Positions 28,586-38,396 of a DNA stretch of 51,853 bases are shown here, piece after piece. The notes beneath the pieces were generated by a model that was not told where the DNA came from, ran no database searches, and saw only the letters and a program-made list of their open reading frames with translations. The stretch's first letter is position 1. The number at the start of each line of letters is the position of its first letter. The position numbers and the translations under genes were made by a program. Source of the stretch: an uncultured Gammaproteobacteria bacterium (lineage in GTDB: Bacteria; Patescibacteriota; Patescibacteriia; JAHIZJ01); NCBI GenBank assembly GCA_964594455.1, contig CAZQLY010000010.1, positions 1 through 51,853 of the forward strand. Reading direction: 5' to 3'.

Positions 28586-29249
28586 CTTTTTCAACTAATT
28601 TATTTAAAATACCCACATCTAATTCTTTTAAAGAATCTGCAATAGAATCAGCTTGGATTAAATCCTGGTCTGGTGTATAGGGGCTAGGCACAGCAATACA
28701 ATAACATCCGGCTGCTTTGGCTGCGGTTACTCCATTGCTGGCGTCTTCCAGAACTACACATTCACTAGGACTTAATCCTATAAGTTGGGCTGCTTTAGTG
28801 TATGTTTCCGGGTCTGGCTTGCCCCTCTCAACGTCCTCGCCCGAAACTACAACATCAAAATCAGACTGCAAGTTGAACTTAGTCATAACTAAATCAATAT
28901 ACTTTCTTGTCGCCGAAGTTGCCAAAGCTAGCTTCAAGCCTTTTTTCTTCAATCTGCTAATTGATTCATGCACGCCAGGCATCAATTGCAGTCTTTCGTG
29001 CGCTATATGTAAAAAAATACTTTCTACCTCAGAAAGCAATTTTACTTTATCCTGTTTTAGTTTGAACATTCCAATAACTTCGTCAATGACATCAATTACT
29101 CTCCGACCAATAAATTTATTTCTTAGATCGGCTGGAATGTCCTTAAGCTTAACCTTATATTGCATTAATACTTCATCAATTGCTTGAGCATGCAAGCTCT
29201 CTGAATTAACCACCAAATTATCTAAATCGTATATAACGGCTTTAATCAT
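28575..29249 (-). CDS. HAD-IA family phosphatase
   Basis: YDLDNLV, LATS, GKPDPE and LEDASNGV motifs. Confidence 0.92.
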   Translation of the reverse strand: MIKAVIYDLDNLVVNSESLHAQAIDEVLMQYKVKLKDIPADLRNKFIGRRVIDVIDEVIGMFKLKQDKVKLLSEVESIFLHIAHERLQLMPGVHESISRLKKKGLKLALATSATRKYIDLVMTKFNLQSDFDVVVSGEDVERGKPDPETYTKAAQLIGLSPSECVVLEDASNGVTAAKAAGCYCIAVPSPYTPDQDLIQADSIADSLKELDVGILNKLVEKDGA

Positions 29250-29586
29250 TCAGCTTATCTAGGGCTTTTAAATCATCTTTTCTCACTTTAACCAACTCTG
29301 CCTCCAGATCAATGTTATAGTGATCGGCTATTCTAACAATCATGAGGAATAGGTCGGTTAGTTCATCGGCTAATTCTGTTTTGGTGGTTTTGTAATTCTC
29401 GGCTGATTCTCGATCTTTGAGATAATACTTTTCCTGAACCATGACATGCTTGGCCAGATCGCCTACCTGTTTGGCTAGTTCAATCATTGAACCCTCAATT
29501 CCCCAAGGTTTTTGTTCTACTTCCTCGAATTTTTTTATTACTTTGCGGTTTAATTCAACCATTTCTTGAAACGTAAGTTTTTCCAT
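29242..29586 (-). CDS. MazG-like NTP pyrophosphohydrolase
   Basis: ELAKQVGDLAK...LADELTDL. Confidence 0.75.
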   Translation of the reverse strand: MEKLTFQEMVELNRKVIKKFEEVEQKPWGIEGSMIELAKQVGDLAKHVMVQEKYYLKDRESAENYKTTKTELADELTDLFLMIVRIADHYNIDLEAELVKVRKDDLKALDKLND

Positions 29587-29598
29587 TGTTTTCTTTTA

Positions 29599-30039
29599 TT
29601 ATAATTTATCTTCTGGGATGCACTTTATGCCGTTCTGCTTCAAGAGAGCGGTAGTAACCCCGTCCCCTTTAATTAATTTATCGGAAAAAGTGCCGTCATA
29701 TATTTTACCACATCCGCAGGAAGGGCTTTTGCTTTTACAAATCATTTCCTTGGCTTCGAAGATTTTCACTGCCTGCAGCACTTGGCGTGCGCCTTGGATA
29801 AACTGCTCAGTCACATCCTGCCCGCTTTTGGTAATAACCTTCCCTTGGCCAGTTAAAACAGCATAGCCGTCACCAATGGTTTCGGCTGGCTCGCGTGGAG
29901 TGGGTAATCCGCCCAGCTGCTCCGGACAAATTGGAACTAATTCCTCTTTCTTGTCCAGGGCTAAAACTTTCTTGTTGGCTTTGGCTTGACCGTCATATCG
30001 GCATTTGACGCCCAAAAGACAGGCGCTGCATAACTTCAT
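29599..30039 (-). CDS. DUF523 / thiouracil desulfurase (TudS-like)
   Basis: SACLLGVKCRYDG, CPEQLGGLPTPR and KSPSCG motifs. Confidence 0.93.
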   Translation of the reverse strand: MKLCSACLLGVKCRYDGQAKANKKVLALDKKEELVPICPEQLGGLPTPREPAETIGDGYAVLTGQGKVITKSGQDVTEQFIQGARQVLQAVKIFEAKEMICKSKSPSCGCGKIYDGTFSDKLIKGDGVTTALLKQNGIKCIPEDKL

Positions 30040-30626
30040 TTGTTTCCGTCTAATTCGAACTCAAATAGCACTTTCTGACAGGTACAACTTTTCCCAATAT
30101 GGCAGATGGCAATACGAGCGGCTGTAAATTCAAACGGAATTTCTACTCCTTCCGGCATCCCATAACCTAAAGTTATGTGAGGCCAATAGTTATCATAACT
30201 CACCCTAGCTTTGAAGTTTGTTACATAATCCAGGTGTATTTCTTCTACTGGAGAAAGGAACATGTCTTGTGTAATGTTGCGCTTAGCAAAACGCTCCAGC
30301 ACTTTCATGATTGTCCGATGCAACAAATGTATTTCGTTGTTACTGTCTACTTCTAAGGCTGAATATCCGCCTTTGAGATCTATTCGGCTAGCTGTTAATT
30401 TTATTGGTTGGAAATGTTTAGTCACACTTTTTACGGCTTCCACAACTTCCATTAATTTATCAGATTCAATACCAGCCATAGCCAGGGTGATGTGTGGTAG
30501 ATATTTTTTCTTACCCAAAGCTATTTTCTGTTCATGACGTTTGAGCAGGTGTTTATTTATGTCTATTACCTTCTTCATAACATCCTCTGGCGGTATCAGA
30601 GCGATGTTTATTGCCATCCTAGCCAT
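30036..30626 (-). CDS. 2H phosphoesterase (2'-5' RNA ligase family)
   Basis: Two HxT motifs: PHITL (x2). Confidence 0.85.
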   Translation of the reverse strand: MARMAINIALIPPEDVMKKVIDINKHLLKRHEQKIALGKKKYLPHITLAMAGIESDKLMEVVEAVKSVTKHFQPIKLTASRIDLKGGYSALEVDSNNEIHLLHRTIMKVLERFAKRNITQDMFLSPVEEIHLDYVTNFKARVSYDNYWPHITLGYGMPEGVEIPFEFTAARIAICHIGKSCTCQKVLFEFELDGNK

Positions 30627-30630
30627 ATTT

Positions 30631-31041
30631 TTATTCGTTAAAATATTCGTCGATCGCCTCTTGAGCGTCTTTCAGCTTATCATAACGGCAAATGTCTAAG
30701 TTCTTATTGCCGTCAATCATAGCTGATAATGTTTTTTGTGTTCCATTGCGGAATAAACAAAGAATGTCTTTATCCAGGCTTTCAGCTAAGCCGATTTCAT
30801 ATCCGACTCCCAATGATGGAGTGGTGACTTCAGCTACCAATACGTCAGCCTGCTTCAAATATTCAACTAAAGTGTTATAAATGCTAGCCGTGTTCATTCG
30901 AGACTCCACGTGCAATATGTCCTCGTCTCCTAATTTAGATGTCAGAACCTCACCATAGCTTTGCAAGTGCTCAATTATGTCTCTATACCAAACTTGATCA
31001 TGCCGGCCGCCCTGGACCGCTCCGGCGAAATAGATCTTCAT
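30631..31041 (-). CDS. Nucleoside 2-deoxyribosyltransferase / DNPH1-like N-glycosidase
   Basis: KIYFAG..GGR, AEVTTPSLGVGYEIG and LSAMI motifs. Confidence 0.9.
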   Translation of the reverse strand: MKIYFAGAVQGGRHDQVWYRDIIEHLQSYGEVLTSKLGDEDILHVESRMNTASIYNTLVEYLKQADVLVAEVTTPSLGVGYEIGLAESLDKDILCLFRNGTQKTLSAMIDGNKNLDICRYDKLKDAQEAIDEYFNE

Positions 31042-31601
31042 TGTTTTGCTGCCTTTATTATTTCCTTTAATATTCTATAATTATTTTCTAACATATCTTT
31101 ACATATCTCTAGTGTAACTATTTTATGTTTTTCTTCTAATTTTATTTCGAATAGGTCTATTATTTCTTCGATTGATCTATCACCTACACGTTCGTAAAAA
31201 CGATGCAAAAATAATCTAGGCATTAAAAATCTGTGCGTATCGGCATTTGCACATATCTCAGCCTCCAGACACATATACTTTTCTGTAGCATGATGTGCTT
31301 CTACACAATTTATAACTTTATCCATCATTTTCTTATCAACTTTGTTTTTGCTTAAAAACCTCTTGGCTACATCAGATGACATTTTTATATGATCTTCACG
31401 CCGCCCCAGCTTCCGTGCCTCACCTAACTTTACATCCATTAAACGTGTCCCCAATTCAACTATAACAACATCGGCTTTTAACTTTTGAGCTAAATCAACT
31501 CCAATTTTATTTATTTCATTATATTCAAACAGTGGGGGTATACCATACTTAAGCAATTCCCTTTTGCAATAATTATCAACCTCTTGGAGTAACTTATTCA
31601 T
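31038..31601 (-). CDS. HD-domain-like protein
   Basis: Helical HD-type pattern (LMD, EDH, EAHH, CANAD); canonical HD appears as MD. Confidence 0.65.
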   Translation of the reverse strand: MNKLLQEVDNYCKRELLKYGIPPLFEYNEINKIGVDLAQKLKADVVIVELGTRLMDVKLGEARKLGRREDHIKMSSDVAKRFLSKNKVDKKMMDKVINCVEAHHATEKYMCLEAEICANADTHRFLMPRLFLHRFYERVGDRSIEEIIDLFEIKLEEKHKIVTLEICKDMLENNYRILKEIIKAAKQ

Positions 31602-31698
31602 GATGTTAATTTTAACTTATCATACTAATTTTATAAAATATTAGGCAATTTAGCAATTTTTTTTGCATAAAGCTTTAAACCGAATTAATATTAACTAT

Positions 31699-32226
31699 AT
31701 GAAAGCCACAACTAAGACTAAACAATTTATTCTCCGACCGATTAAAGGCTCAGATGCCTCCGATCTTCAACGTAATATTAACGACCGAACAATTTACCGC
31801 AATACTCTGCATATTCCGTATCCATACACACTTAAAGACGCCCGGGAATGGATCAGAAAGAGTCAGCAAAGACAAAAACAAAAGCGTCCTGATGCTGTTT
31901 CTTTTGCAATTGTAATAAACAATAGGTTGGTTGGCGGAACAGGATTACACAATATTGTTTGGGGGCATAAGGCAGAATTGGGTTATTGGCTGGGCCGGAA
32001 ATATTGGGGCCAGGGTTTAATGACCAAAATAGTCCGGGAGGTGCTTAAATATGGATTTCAGGAATTAAAACTGAAACGTATCTACGCCTTTACTTTTCCG
32101 CACAACAAGGCTTCAGCCCGAGTGCTCATAAAAAACGGCTTCAAACAAGAAGGCTATCTTAAAAAAAATGTTAAGAAAGCCGGTCGGATAATAGACGAGT
32201 ACATATTTGCCAAAACGCTGAAATAA
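31699..32226 (+). CDS. GNAT N-acetyltransferase, RimJ/RimL family
   Basis: AELGYWLGRKYWGQG and NKASARVLIKNGF motifs. Confidence 0.92.
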   Translation: MKATTKTKQFILRPIKGSDASDLQRNINDRTIYRNTLHIPYPYTLKDAREWIRKSQQRQKQKRPDAVSFAIVINNRLVGGTGLHNIVWGHKAELGYWLGRKYWGQGLMTKIVREVLKYGFQELKLKRIYAFTFPHNKASARVLIKNGFKQEGYLKKNVKKAGRIIDEYIFAKTLK

Positions 32227-32258
32227 AAAACAGAGGTGGAAAAAGATCCACCTCTTTC
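32225..32258. terminator. Bidirectional terminator
   Basis: agaggtgga/tccacctct stem between convergent genes. Confidence 0.75.
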
Positions 32259-32268
32259 AAGGTCGTGA

Positions 32269-32910
32269 CTAACCGGCGTGACGCCGCTTGCCAACGCTGA
32301 GAATGAAGCCCAGCGCGATCGCCAGCATGGCCGCCATAAAGACTTGCCACTCCGGCGGCAACGAGAAGGTGATCGTGTGAGCCAGAACCCAGAAGAACCA
32401 CATCGTCTTGGGAATGAACCGGAAGGCGAATTGCCGGTCAATGTCCTTGGCGAACCAGTAAAGACTAAACAGACCGAGTCGTTCCTTGATAAGGAAGTTG
32501 AAGTACTCGTGCGTCATCATCATGGACCAGGCGTAGCCACTCAGCAGGTTAATCCACAGACTCTTGGAAAAGGCTGGAAACCAGCTCCACCAAAGCCCCT
32601 TGCTGATCAGGAAATCAACACCTCCCGAGATCAGCGGAAAGGCGAAAACGAACCAGATACCGAAGAAGCCCCAGACGATCGCTCGACCAAACGCCCAGTC
32701 AACCGCCCAGCGCCTGCGGGCAATGCCGCATTTGATGATCTCACCGGTCGTACCCAAGAAGAAGAGCTTGATGAAGCCCATCGCGATCGGGCTCGCCTTC
32801 ACGGAGCTGGTGAAACTGTCCGTGAAGAACAGGGCCCAGCCAATCACGAAAAGCGCGCCGGCGAACATCACCACTGTCCAGAATACAGACCCTCTGTTTT
32901 CTTCCGCCAC
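32269..32910 (-). CDS. Multi-pass membrane protein (Mpv17/PMP22-like)
   Basis: 5-6 TM segments; FW.LAHTITFSLPPEWQV; SD AAGGAGGT before GTG. Confidence 0.7.
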   Translation of the reverse strand: MAEENRGSVFWTVVMFAGALFVIGWALFFTDSFTSSVKASPIAMGFIKLFFLGTTGEIIKCGIARRRWAVDWAFGRAIVWGFFGIWFVFAFPLISGGVDFLISKGLWWSWFPAFSKSLWINLLSGYAWSMMMTHEYFNFLIKERLGLFSLYWFAKDIDRQFAFRFIPKTMWFFWVLAHTITFSLPPEWQVFMAAMLAIALGFILSVGKRRHAG

Positions 32911-33053
32911 TTGCGACCTCCTTTTACCGAAACCCTCCTCTTACCGCCAAGCAAAGCCAGATTCTCATGCCAAAGAACGTACTCCCTAATTCTTCGGAGC
33001 CTTTATTCTTACCATATCAAAAATCCTCGTGTCAAATAAAAAAACGAGTCGTG

Positions 33054-33245
33054 TTACTTGGACTCGCTTTTTGGCTTTGGCCAGTTGCTCTGAGGAAGCT
33101 GCGTCATCCTCAGAGGACGTCCTTGGCCTCCCATTCTCTCGAAAGTGGACTTGGTCATATTGCACCCACCTCCCAAACCCTGGCAGATAGGCGACGTAGG
33201 CGGATTACCGTGTCCGCATTGTGGACAACACCAAAGAATAGCCAT
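33054..33245 (-). CDS. Small zinc-ribbon protein
   Basis: WCCPQCGHGN...ICQ...C; SD AAGGGGG before ATG 33245; terminator at 33036-33073. Confidence 0.55.
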   Translation of the reverse strand: MAILWCCPQCGHGNPPTSPICQGLGGGCNMTKSTFERMGGQGRPLRMTQLPQSNWPKPKSESK

Positions 33246-33330
33246 TAGCTCTATCCCCCTTCTTAAAAAGAACAACTCTGTACTTTACAGAGTCTTTTAT
33301 TTCTAACAAATATTAATCTAAATGTAAATA

Positions 33331-34137
33331 CTAAACCGTCTTGATGTCCTTCTTCATGAAAAAATAGGCACCGGCTACAGCACAGACCACGATAGTAATG
33401 ACAAATACCCAATAAGCCGAAGCATCAATGGTGTTTCTTATCAAGGCGTCGTTGGAATTGAAGTAATAGAAAAATGAAAAGTATTTAAGGTCAGCCAAGG
33501 ATTCTTTTAATGCTGAAACAAGATTGAGTACATACATGCCCACCACCAATCCGCCAGTGACCATATAGACCTTGCTGCGCTCAGAAAAAACCGCTGACAG
33601 CATCATAGCAATACTGAATACGGCTAGACCAAATAATGTGGCCGCTAACCCGAGAGTTAGGTGGTTTTCGGTTATATATTCCACGTTGTGTATCTCGGAC
33701 AATGGAAAAACCGAGAACACTGAAATTATTAAGAACGCTATAAACATCAACGCTCCTGACAAATACCTGCTCCAATACAGCTTTAATCGCGATACCGGCT
33801 GGGACAGCATTATTTCTGCCGTACCGCGTTCTATCTCACCGGCAATGCCTGATCCGGCTAGTGATATCACAAAAAACAAAGCTAGGATCGGCCAGACAAA
33901 ACTATATTGCTCAGTGGCTAGAAATCTTTCAATCGTGGACATGTCAAAATCCTCTAACCCAAAAGCCTTCATAAATCCTTCTGGGAAAGATTCCATATAC
34001 TCTCTCATGTTGTCTGCTTGGGCTGAAAAAGAAGGGAAAAGTGCTATATACATCCACAGCAAAAGAATACCGGAAATGCTGTATACGATTAATCCGACTT
34101 TGCGGTCTTTAATTGTTCGTCTTATGATTGCCCACAT
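33331..34137 (-). CDS. ABC-2 type transporter permease
   Basis: 6 TM; IAGEIERGTAEIMLSQPVSR motif. Confidence 0.9.
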   Translation of the reverse strand: MWAIIRRTIKDRKVGLIVYSISGILLLWMYIALFPSFSAQADNMREYMESFPEGFMKAFGLEDFDMSTIERFLATEQYSFVWPILALFFVISLAGSGIAGEIERGTAEIMLSQPVSRLKLYWSRYLSGALMFIAFLIISVFSVFPLSEIHNVEYITENHLTLGLAATLFGLAVFSIAMMLSAVFSERSKVYMVTGGLVVGMYVLNLVSALKESLADLKYFSFFYYFNSNDALIRNTIDASAYWVFVITIVVCAVAGAYFFMKKDIKTV

Positions 34138-35017
34138 AGTTGGTTGCGATACCGTAGAATTCTAAAAATATATCCTCGAGGGATGCTTGTTGAATAGTTA
34201 AGTTCTTGATATTGTGCTTGCTTAAAGCTTTAATCAAAAAATCTAAATCACCGGTAACATTCAAAGTCAGGCTGTCCGGTTGTCTATCCACGATTGTAAT
34301 ACCTTCCATCTTAAATTCATTAACATCGTAAGAATCATCAAAATATATCTCGACTGAATGCATTCTCTTCTCTTTTAGGGTTCTAATGCTTTCTATTGCC
34401 ACCATCTTGCCATTTTTGATGATGCCGACCCGATCGCACATTTTATCCACTTCAGCCAAATTGTGGGATGACACAAACACAGTAGTCCCCTGGCGAGTTG
34501 CTTCCCGCAACAAATCATAAACTGAATTCTGAAGCAAAGGATCTAAACCTGTTCTCGGTTCGTCCATTATAATAAGTTTCGGCTCGAACATTAAAGACAG
34601 TATTATTCCAAGCTTCTGTCGATTGCCGCTTGATAGCTGTCTGGCCTTCATGGAAGTGTTTAAATTCAACCGTTCGATAAGCTGATCGGCAACATCTTTC
34701 TTTTTATTCAGTCTGCGTAAAAATGTAATGTGCTCTTTGCCCGTCCACTTGCTGTATAATCTTACATCACCAGACAAATAGCCAATACTTTCCTTTAACT
34801 CCACCGCATTTTCAACGCTGTCTTTGCCTAAAATCGATATACTGCCCTCAGTCGGGCGCATGAAGTCCATCATGGTACGAATGGTAGTAGTCTTGCCTGC
34901 GCCGTTTGGACCCAAGAACCCGAAAACTTCGCCTTTTTCAACGTTAAAAGATATGCCGTCAACAGCCTTTACTTTGCCGTAGTATTTCTTGAAATTCTTT
35001 ACTTCTATTGCGCTCAT
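34109..35017 (-). CDS. ABC transporter ATP-binding protein
   Basis: GPNGAGKTT, LSSGN, IMDEP and SSH motifs. Confidence 0.95.
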   Translation of the reverse strand: MSAIEVKNFKKYYGKVKAVDGISFNVEKGEVFGFLGPNGAGKTTTIRTMMDFMRPTEGSISILGKDSVENAVELKESIGYLSGDVRLYSKWTGKEHITFLRRLNKKKDVADQLIERLNLNTSMKARQLSSGNRQKLGIILSLMFEPKLIIMDEPRTGLDPLLQNSVYDLLREATRQGTTVFVSSHNLAEVDKMCDRVGIIKNGKMVAIESIRTLKEKRMHSVEIYFDDSYDVNEFKMEGITIVDRQPDSLTLNVTGDLDFLIKALSKHNIKNLTIQQASLEDIFLEFYGIATNYVGNHKTNN

Positions 35018-35137
35018 AGTTGTTTATTATAAACCCAAAAAGTGTAAATGTAAATGTTGACTTTATGCGCAATAATGGTAAACTGGCTGTCTGCAAGTAG
35101 GGATGGTTTTTGTCCTTTCAAGGAGGGAGGGTTACCA

Positions 35138-35530
35138 ATGAAGGATCTTGTGATTGACGATCTTCGTCTGTTGACCAGTGAGGCTGGGCTCAGAATTGCT
35201 GAGCATCTAGGTGTAGCTGGCGAGAAGCGTGATGAGGTGGCGGCTCAGGTTATCATTCAGCAGTTGCCAGTTGTCCTGTCCGCCTATGGTGAGATGGGGT
35301 TCGAAACTGGCCCGGTTATGTATCTGGCCGGGGACGACTACGAGATCGAGGATCCAACGCTGGGCGAAGAGTTCTGCAGTCCTGATTGGCTCAAGGGGCG
35401 GGCTTTACTGGTCTATTCCCACTGCCTGGCTGTTGGTCTGGCGCCCTCAATCGTCTTCATCCGCAACATCGAGCGGAACCGAACCAGGTTCGCCATCGTG
35501 GCCGACTGGGATCCTACACCGTCTGCTTAA
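35138..35530 (+). CDS. Hypothetical protein (GC-rich unit)
   Basis: SD AAGGAGGGAGG before ATG 35138; promoter TTGACT-N16-TAAACT at 35057; terminator at 35519-35548. Confidence 0.65.
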   Translation: MKDLVIDDLRLLTSEAGLRIAEHLGVAGEKRDEVAAQVIIQQLPVVLSAYGEMGFETGPVMYLAGDDYEIEDPTLGEEFCSPDWLKGRALLVYSHCLAVGLAPSIVFIRNIERNRTRFAIVADWDPTPSA

Positions 35531-35545
35531 CAAGCGACGGTTTTT

Positions 35546-35875
35546 TTATAGCAAACAATCACACTTCTTGCGCGTTAGGATTTCTTTCTGAGCCGAAGGT
35601 TTATCAATATAGTAAATCTGTCTTTTGGCTCCTCTAGCCAGTTTCTTATCTAAAGGCGAATTGTGATTATAGCCTCGGCGCCTCATTTCTTTAACCAAAA
35701 GATTGTGCCGAAAATAAAGCGCTTTTAACCGTCCTTTCCAGCGCAATGTTTCTGGGTGCCGGCTATAGCCCTTTTTGTTTTTAGTTAAAACCGTCCAGAC
35801 AGCATGCACTTCTCTGTGTTCGCCCAACAGATGTTTGTAGCATAATCTTATGGGTGATATGTCCCAGACTCTCAT
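35546..35875 (-). CDS. Pyrimidine dimer DNA glycosylase / endonuclease V-like
   Basis: MRVWD..LC..HLLGEHRE, GYSRHPET.RW and EMRRRGYNH motifs. Confidence 0.85.
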   Translation of the reverse strand: MRVWDISPIRLCYKHLLGEHREVHAVWTVLTKNKKGYSRHPETLRWKGRLKALYFRHNLLVKEMRRRGYNHNSPLDKKLARGAKRQIYYIDKPSAQKEILTRKKCDCLL

Positions 35876-36714
35876 AGCCTAATACTTTTTATGTACTCTT
35901 CAAAACTTTTTTGATTTTTAATAAACTTGGCAGCACTGCTTTTTATTTTTGCCGGCCAACCTGTACCACCATAGATTAATTTAACTTCTTGACTTAAGTT
36001 TTTAGCTAAGTCTTTTATATATGTGGCTGCGATTGGTTTGTTATATATTTTGGAAACCCCAACCAGGTTAGCTCTTGTGTCATTGACGGCTTTAATAACT
36101 TCTTCTACTGGGGTGTTTATTCCAAGTATTATAGGCTCCCAACCTGAACTCTTTAAAACCAGTGCCAGCATCTGAAGTGGAATCTCGTGCTGTTCTCCGG
36201 GAGCGCAGGCTAATATCGCTTTTGGTTTAATCCTGGCCTTGGTTTCAGGAACCAATTTTTCCAATCTAACTAGCTGTAGACGTATCAGGAAGCTCATGCG
36301 ATGCTCTTCATAGATAGAAATATTACCCCTGGCCCACTCTTCACCAATATGTCTCAAAGCACGACCGATAATTTCATCGAGCAGTCCGGGGAGGTTTAGA
36401 TTCTTTAAATATAACCTTTCAATTAATTGCTCAGCTTGATTTATCCTATTGTTTTTTAACAAACTGTAGAACTCCTTCCACTTTCTTGGTAGTGGAGAGG
36501 GTTTTGATACGTAACGATTAACTATATAAGAATTATTCTTGTATTTGGGAAATTTATTTAAAAATTTCTCAAGCTGATTTTGAGTTATTCGTCGATGCCC
36601 GCCCGGAGTCAACTCTGCTTCCAAGAAACCTTTATCGACCCAACGTTTAATGGTTGAGACATTTACCCCGAACATTTGAGCTATTTGAGGTGGACTGAAA
36701 TGCACGTTTTGCAT
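35872..36714 (-). CDS. CarH/LitR-like cobalamin-binding transcriptional regulator
   Basis: MerR/Xis-type HTH (TPGGHRR), W-x9-EH (WARGNISIYEEH) and ExH (GEQHEIP) B12-binding motifs. Confidence 0.88.
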   Translation of the reverse strand: MQNVHFSPPQIAQMFGVNVSTIKRWVDKGFLEAELTPGGHRRITQNQLEKFLNKFPKYKNNSYIVNRYVSKPSPLPRKWKEFYSLLKNNRINQAEQLIERLYLKNLNLPGLLDEIIGRALRHIGEEWARGNISIYEEHRMSFLIRLQLVRLEKLVPETKARIKPKAILACAPGEQHEIPLQMLALVLKSSGWEPIILGINTPVEEVIKAVNDTRANLVGVSKIYNKPIAATYIKDLAKNLSQEVKLIYGGTGWPAKIKSSAAKFIKNQKSFEEYIKSIRL

Positions 36715-36799
36715 GTTTTTATAGTATCACCTATTCTTAGAGTAGGCAATAGGCCAATTGTGCAGAAACAATAAGATCATTAAAAAAGGAGAAAATAAC

Positions 36800-37342
36800 A
36801 TGAAATACGGTATCTTAGCCCTCGTGGCTGTTACGGCTCTAGGCGGATTCACCGTCCTAGCAGCTACCGGAGACAACTCAAACAAAGAGACAGTCTCCCT
36901 AGAAGTATCTAATAAAGTAACCTCTGAGGAGAAACCTATGAAGAATATCGTAGAAACAGCCATTGAAGCTGGTAACTTTGAAACCCTAGTCACAGCCGTT
37001 CAGACCGCTGGTTTGGTCGAAACTTTATCAAGTGAGGGGCCTTTCACGGTCTTTGCACCAACTGATGAAGCTTTTGAAAAGCTCGGCGCTGACACAATCA
37101 AGTCACTCTTAGAAGATAAGGAAAAACTAACCGATATCCTTATTTATCACGTAGTGTCCGGCAAAGTAATGGCAGAAGATGTTACCCAGTTGAAGTTTGC
37201 CAAGACCGTTCAGGGTAGCGATCTGGCTATCTCAACCGATCACGGTGTTATGGTCAACAAATCAAACGTTGTTAAAACTGACATCGAAACCAGTAACGGG
37301 GTAATCCATGTCATTGACAGCGTGCTCATTCCAACTAACTAA
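36800..37342 (+). CDS. Secreted fasciclin (FAS1) domain protein
   Basis: Signal peptide; [17 protein letters not shown] and [11 protein letters not shown] motifs; SD AAGGAG. Confidence 0.95.
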   Translation: MKYGILALVAVTALGGFTVLAATGDNSNKETVSLEVSNKVTSEEKPMKNIVETAIEAGNFETLVTAVQTAGLVETLSSEGPFTVFAPTDEAFEKLGADTIKSLLEDKEKLTDILIYHVVSGKVMAEDVTQLKFAKTVQGSDLAISTDHGVMVNKSNVVKTDIETSNGVIHVIDSVLIPTN

Positions 37343-37372
37343 CTATTAAACCTTTAACGAGGAGACGACAAA

Positions 37373-37594
37373 ATGAAATCAATTAACACATTGGATTGGA
37401 TTTTCATCGTTCTACTTGTTGTCGGTGGTTTAAATTGGGGCTTGGTCGGATTATTTGACTTCGACCTCGTCGCCTCAATATTTGGTGAAGGCTCCGCATT
37501 AGCCCGAATAGTATATTCGCTAGTCGGTGTTTCATCGGTCTACGCCATTGTTAGCCTTCCGATGAAGGCTGGCCAAGCACCAAGTAGGTCGTAA
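37373..37594 (+). CDS. DUF378 family membrane protein
   Basis: VGGLNWGLVGLFDFDLVASIFG...RIVYSLVG. Confidence 0.92.
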   Translation: MKSINTLDWIFIVLLVVGGLNWGLVGLFDFDLVASIFGEGSALARIVYSLVGVSSVYAIVSLPMKAGQAPSRS

Positions 37595-37603
37595 GACCAA
37601 CGC

Positions 37604-37631
37604 AAAAAAGGAGTTTGACCGCTCCTTTTTT
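37604..37631. terminator. Bidirectional terminator
   Basis: aaaaaaggag...ctcctttttt. Confidence 0.85.
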
Positions 37632-37632
37632 G

Positions 37633-38388
37633 TTATTCTGGAAAAAATGAAAGTAACCCTAAATATACGATGGCACTTCCGATCATTCCAATAACAAATT
37701 GATAAGCGTGCTTGTATATCTTCACTAAAGGCAATAATTCATGAATGGCAACATAAATCATTGCTCCTCCAGCAAAAGCTAATGAAAGATGGTTGGCGCT
37801 ACTAGATATATTCGCTGTTAATAATCCAAGAATTGCCCCGGCTGGTTCAGCTAAGGCTGATATAAGGGCTAGCTTGATTAAAAACTTCATTTTTTTTCCA
37901 GCCATAATAAATGGCACAGCCATGGCATACTCTTCGGGAATATTGTGTAACGCTATGGAAATAGCAATGAATATACCAAAAGTGGGCGAGACTAAAAACG
38001 AATTAGTTAGAGCAAAGCCTTCGGGAAAATCATGCAATATTAATCCGGCAGCTACTAAAAAAGCTACCCGGTGTAAATGACTGCTGACTGCCCCCTCCTC
38101 TTCGGTTAAGTGTTTATGCGGTATTAAGTAGTTCAATAACGCGATAAAAATCATGCCGCATAAAACAAAGACTGATACTTTGGTTACGCTAACGGCCTTA
38201 AGGGCTTCGGGAAACAATTCCAGAAAAGATATCAGCAACATTATACCCACTGAGAAGCCTATACCAAAAGAAGTCCATTTCCTTCTATTTTTTAACAAAT
38301 AGGCCAAAGCCACTCCGATGACAGTGGTTATTCCAGAAAGTAGGGCCAATCCCAATATGGCAACAGTAGTGGTAAATGAAATATCCAT
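37633..38388 (-). CDS. ZIP family metal transporter (ZupT-like)
   Basis: LHDFPEG, LHNIPEE, AEPAGA and HELLP motifs. Confidence 0.93.
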   Translation of the reverse strand: MDISFTTTVAILGLALLSGITTVIGVALAYLLKNRRKWTSFGIGFSVGIMLLISFLELFPEALKAVSVTKVSVFVLCGMIFIALLNYLIPHKHLTEEEGAVSSHLHRVAFLVAAGLILHDFPEGFALTNSFLVSPTFGIFIAISIALHNIPEEYAMAVPFIMAGKKMKFLIKLALISALAEPAGAILGLLTANISSSANHLSLAFAGGAMIYVAIHELLPLVKIYKHAYQFVIGMIGSAIVYLGLLSFFPE

Positions 38389-38396
38389 AACCAATC

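Noticed and set aside
32278-33039. 253-aa plus-strand ORF and similar antisense ORFs (e.g. 2202-2561, 22190-22603, 33572-34165)
   Set aside because: Shadow frames opposite better-supported genes or units; no motifs or start signals
36715-36799. CarH-type 11-bp direct-repeat operator
   Set aside because: Only a weak ttgt...acaa symmetry is visible; no convincing tandem repeats by eye
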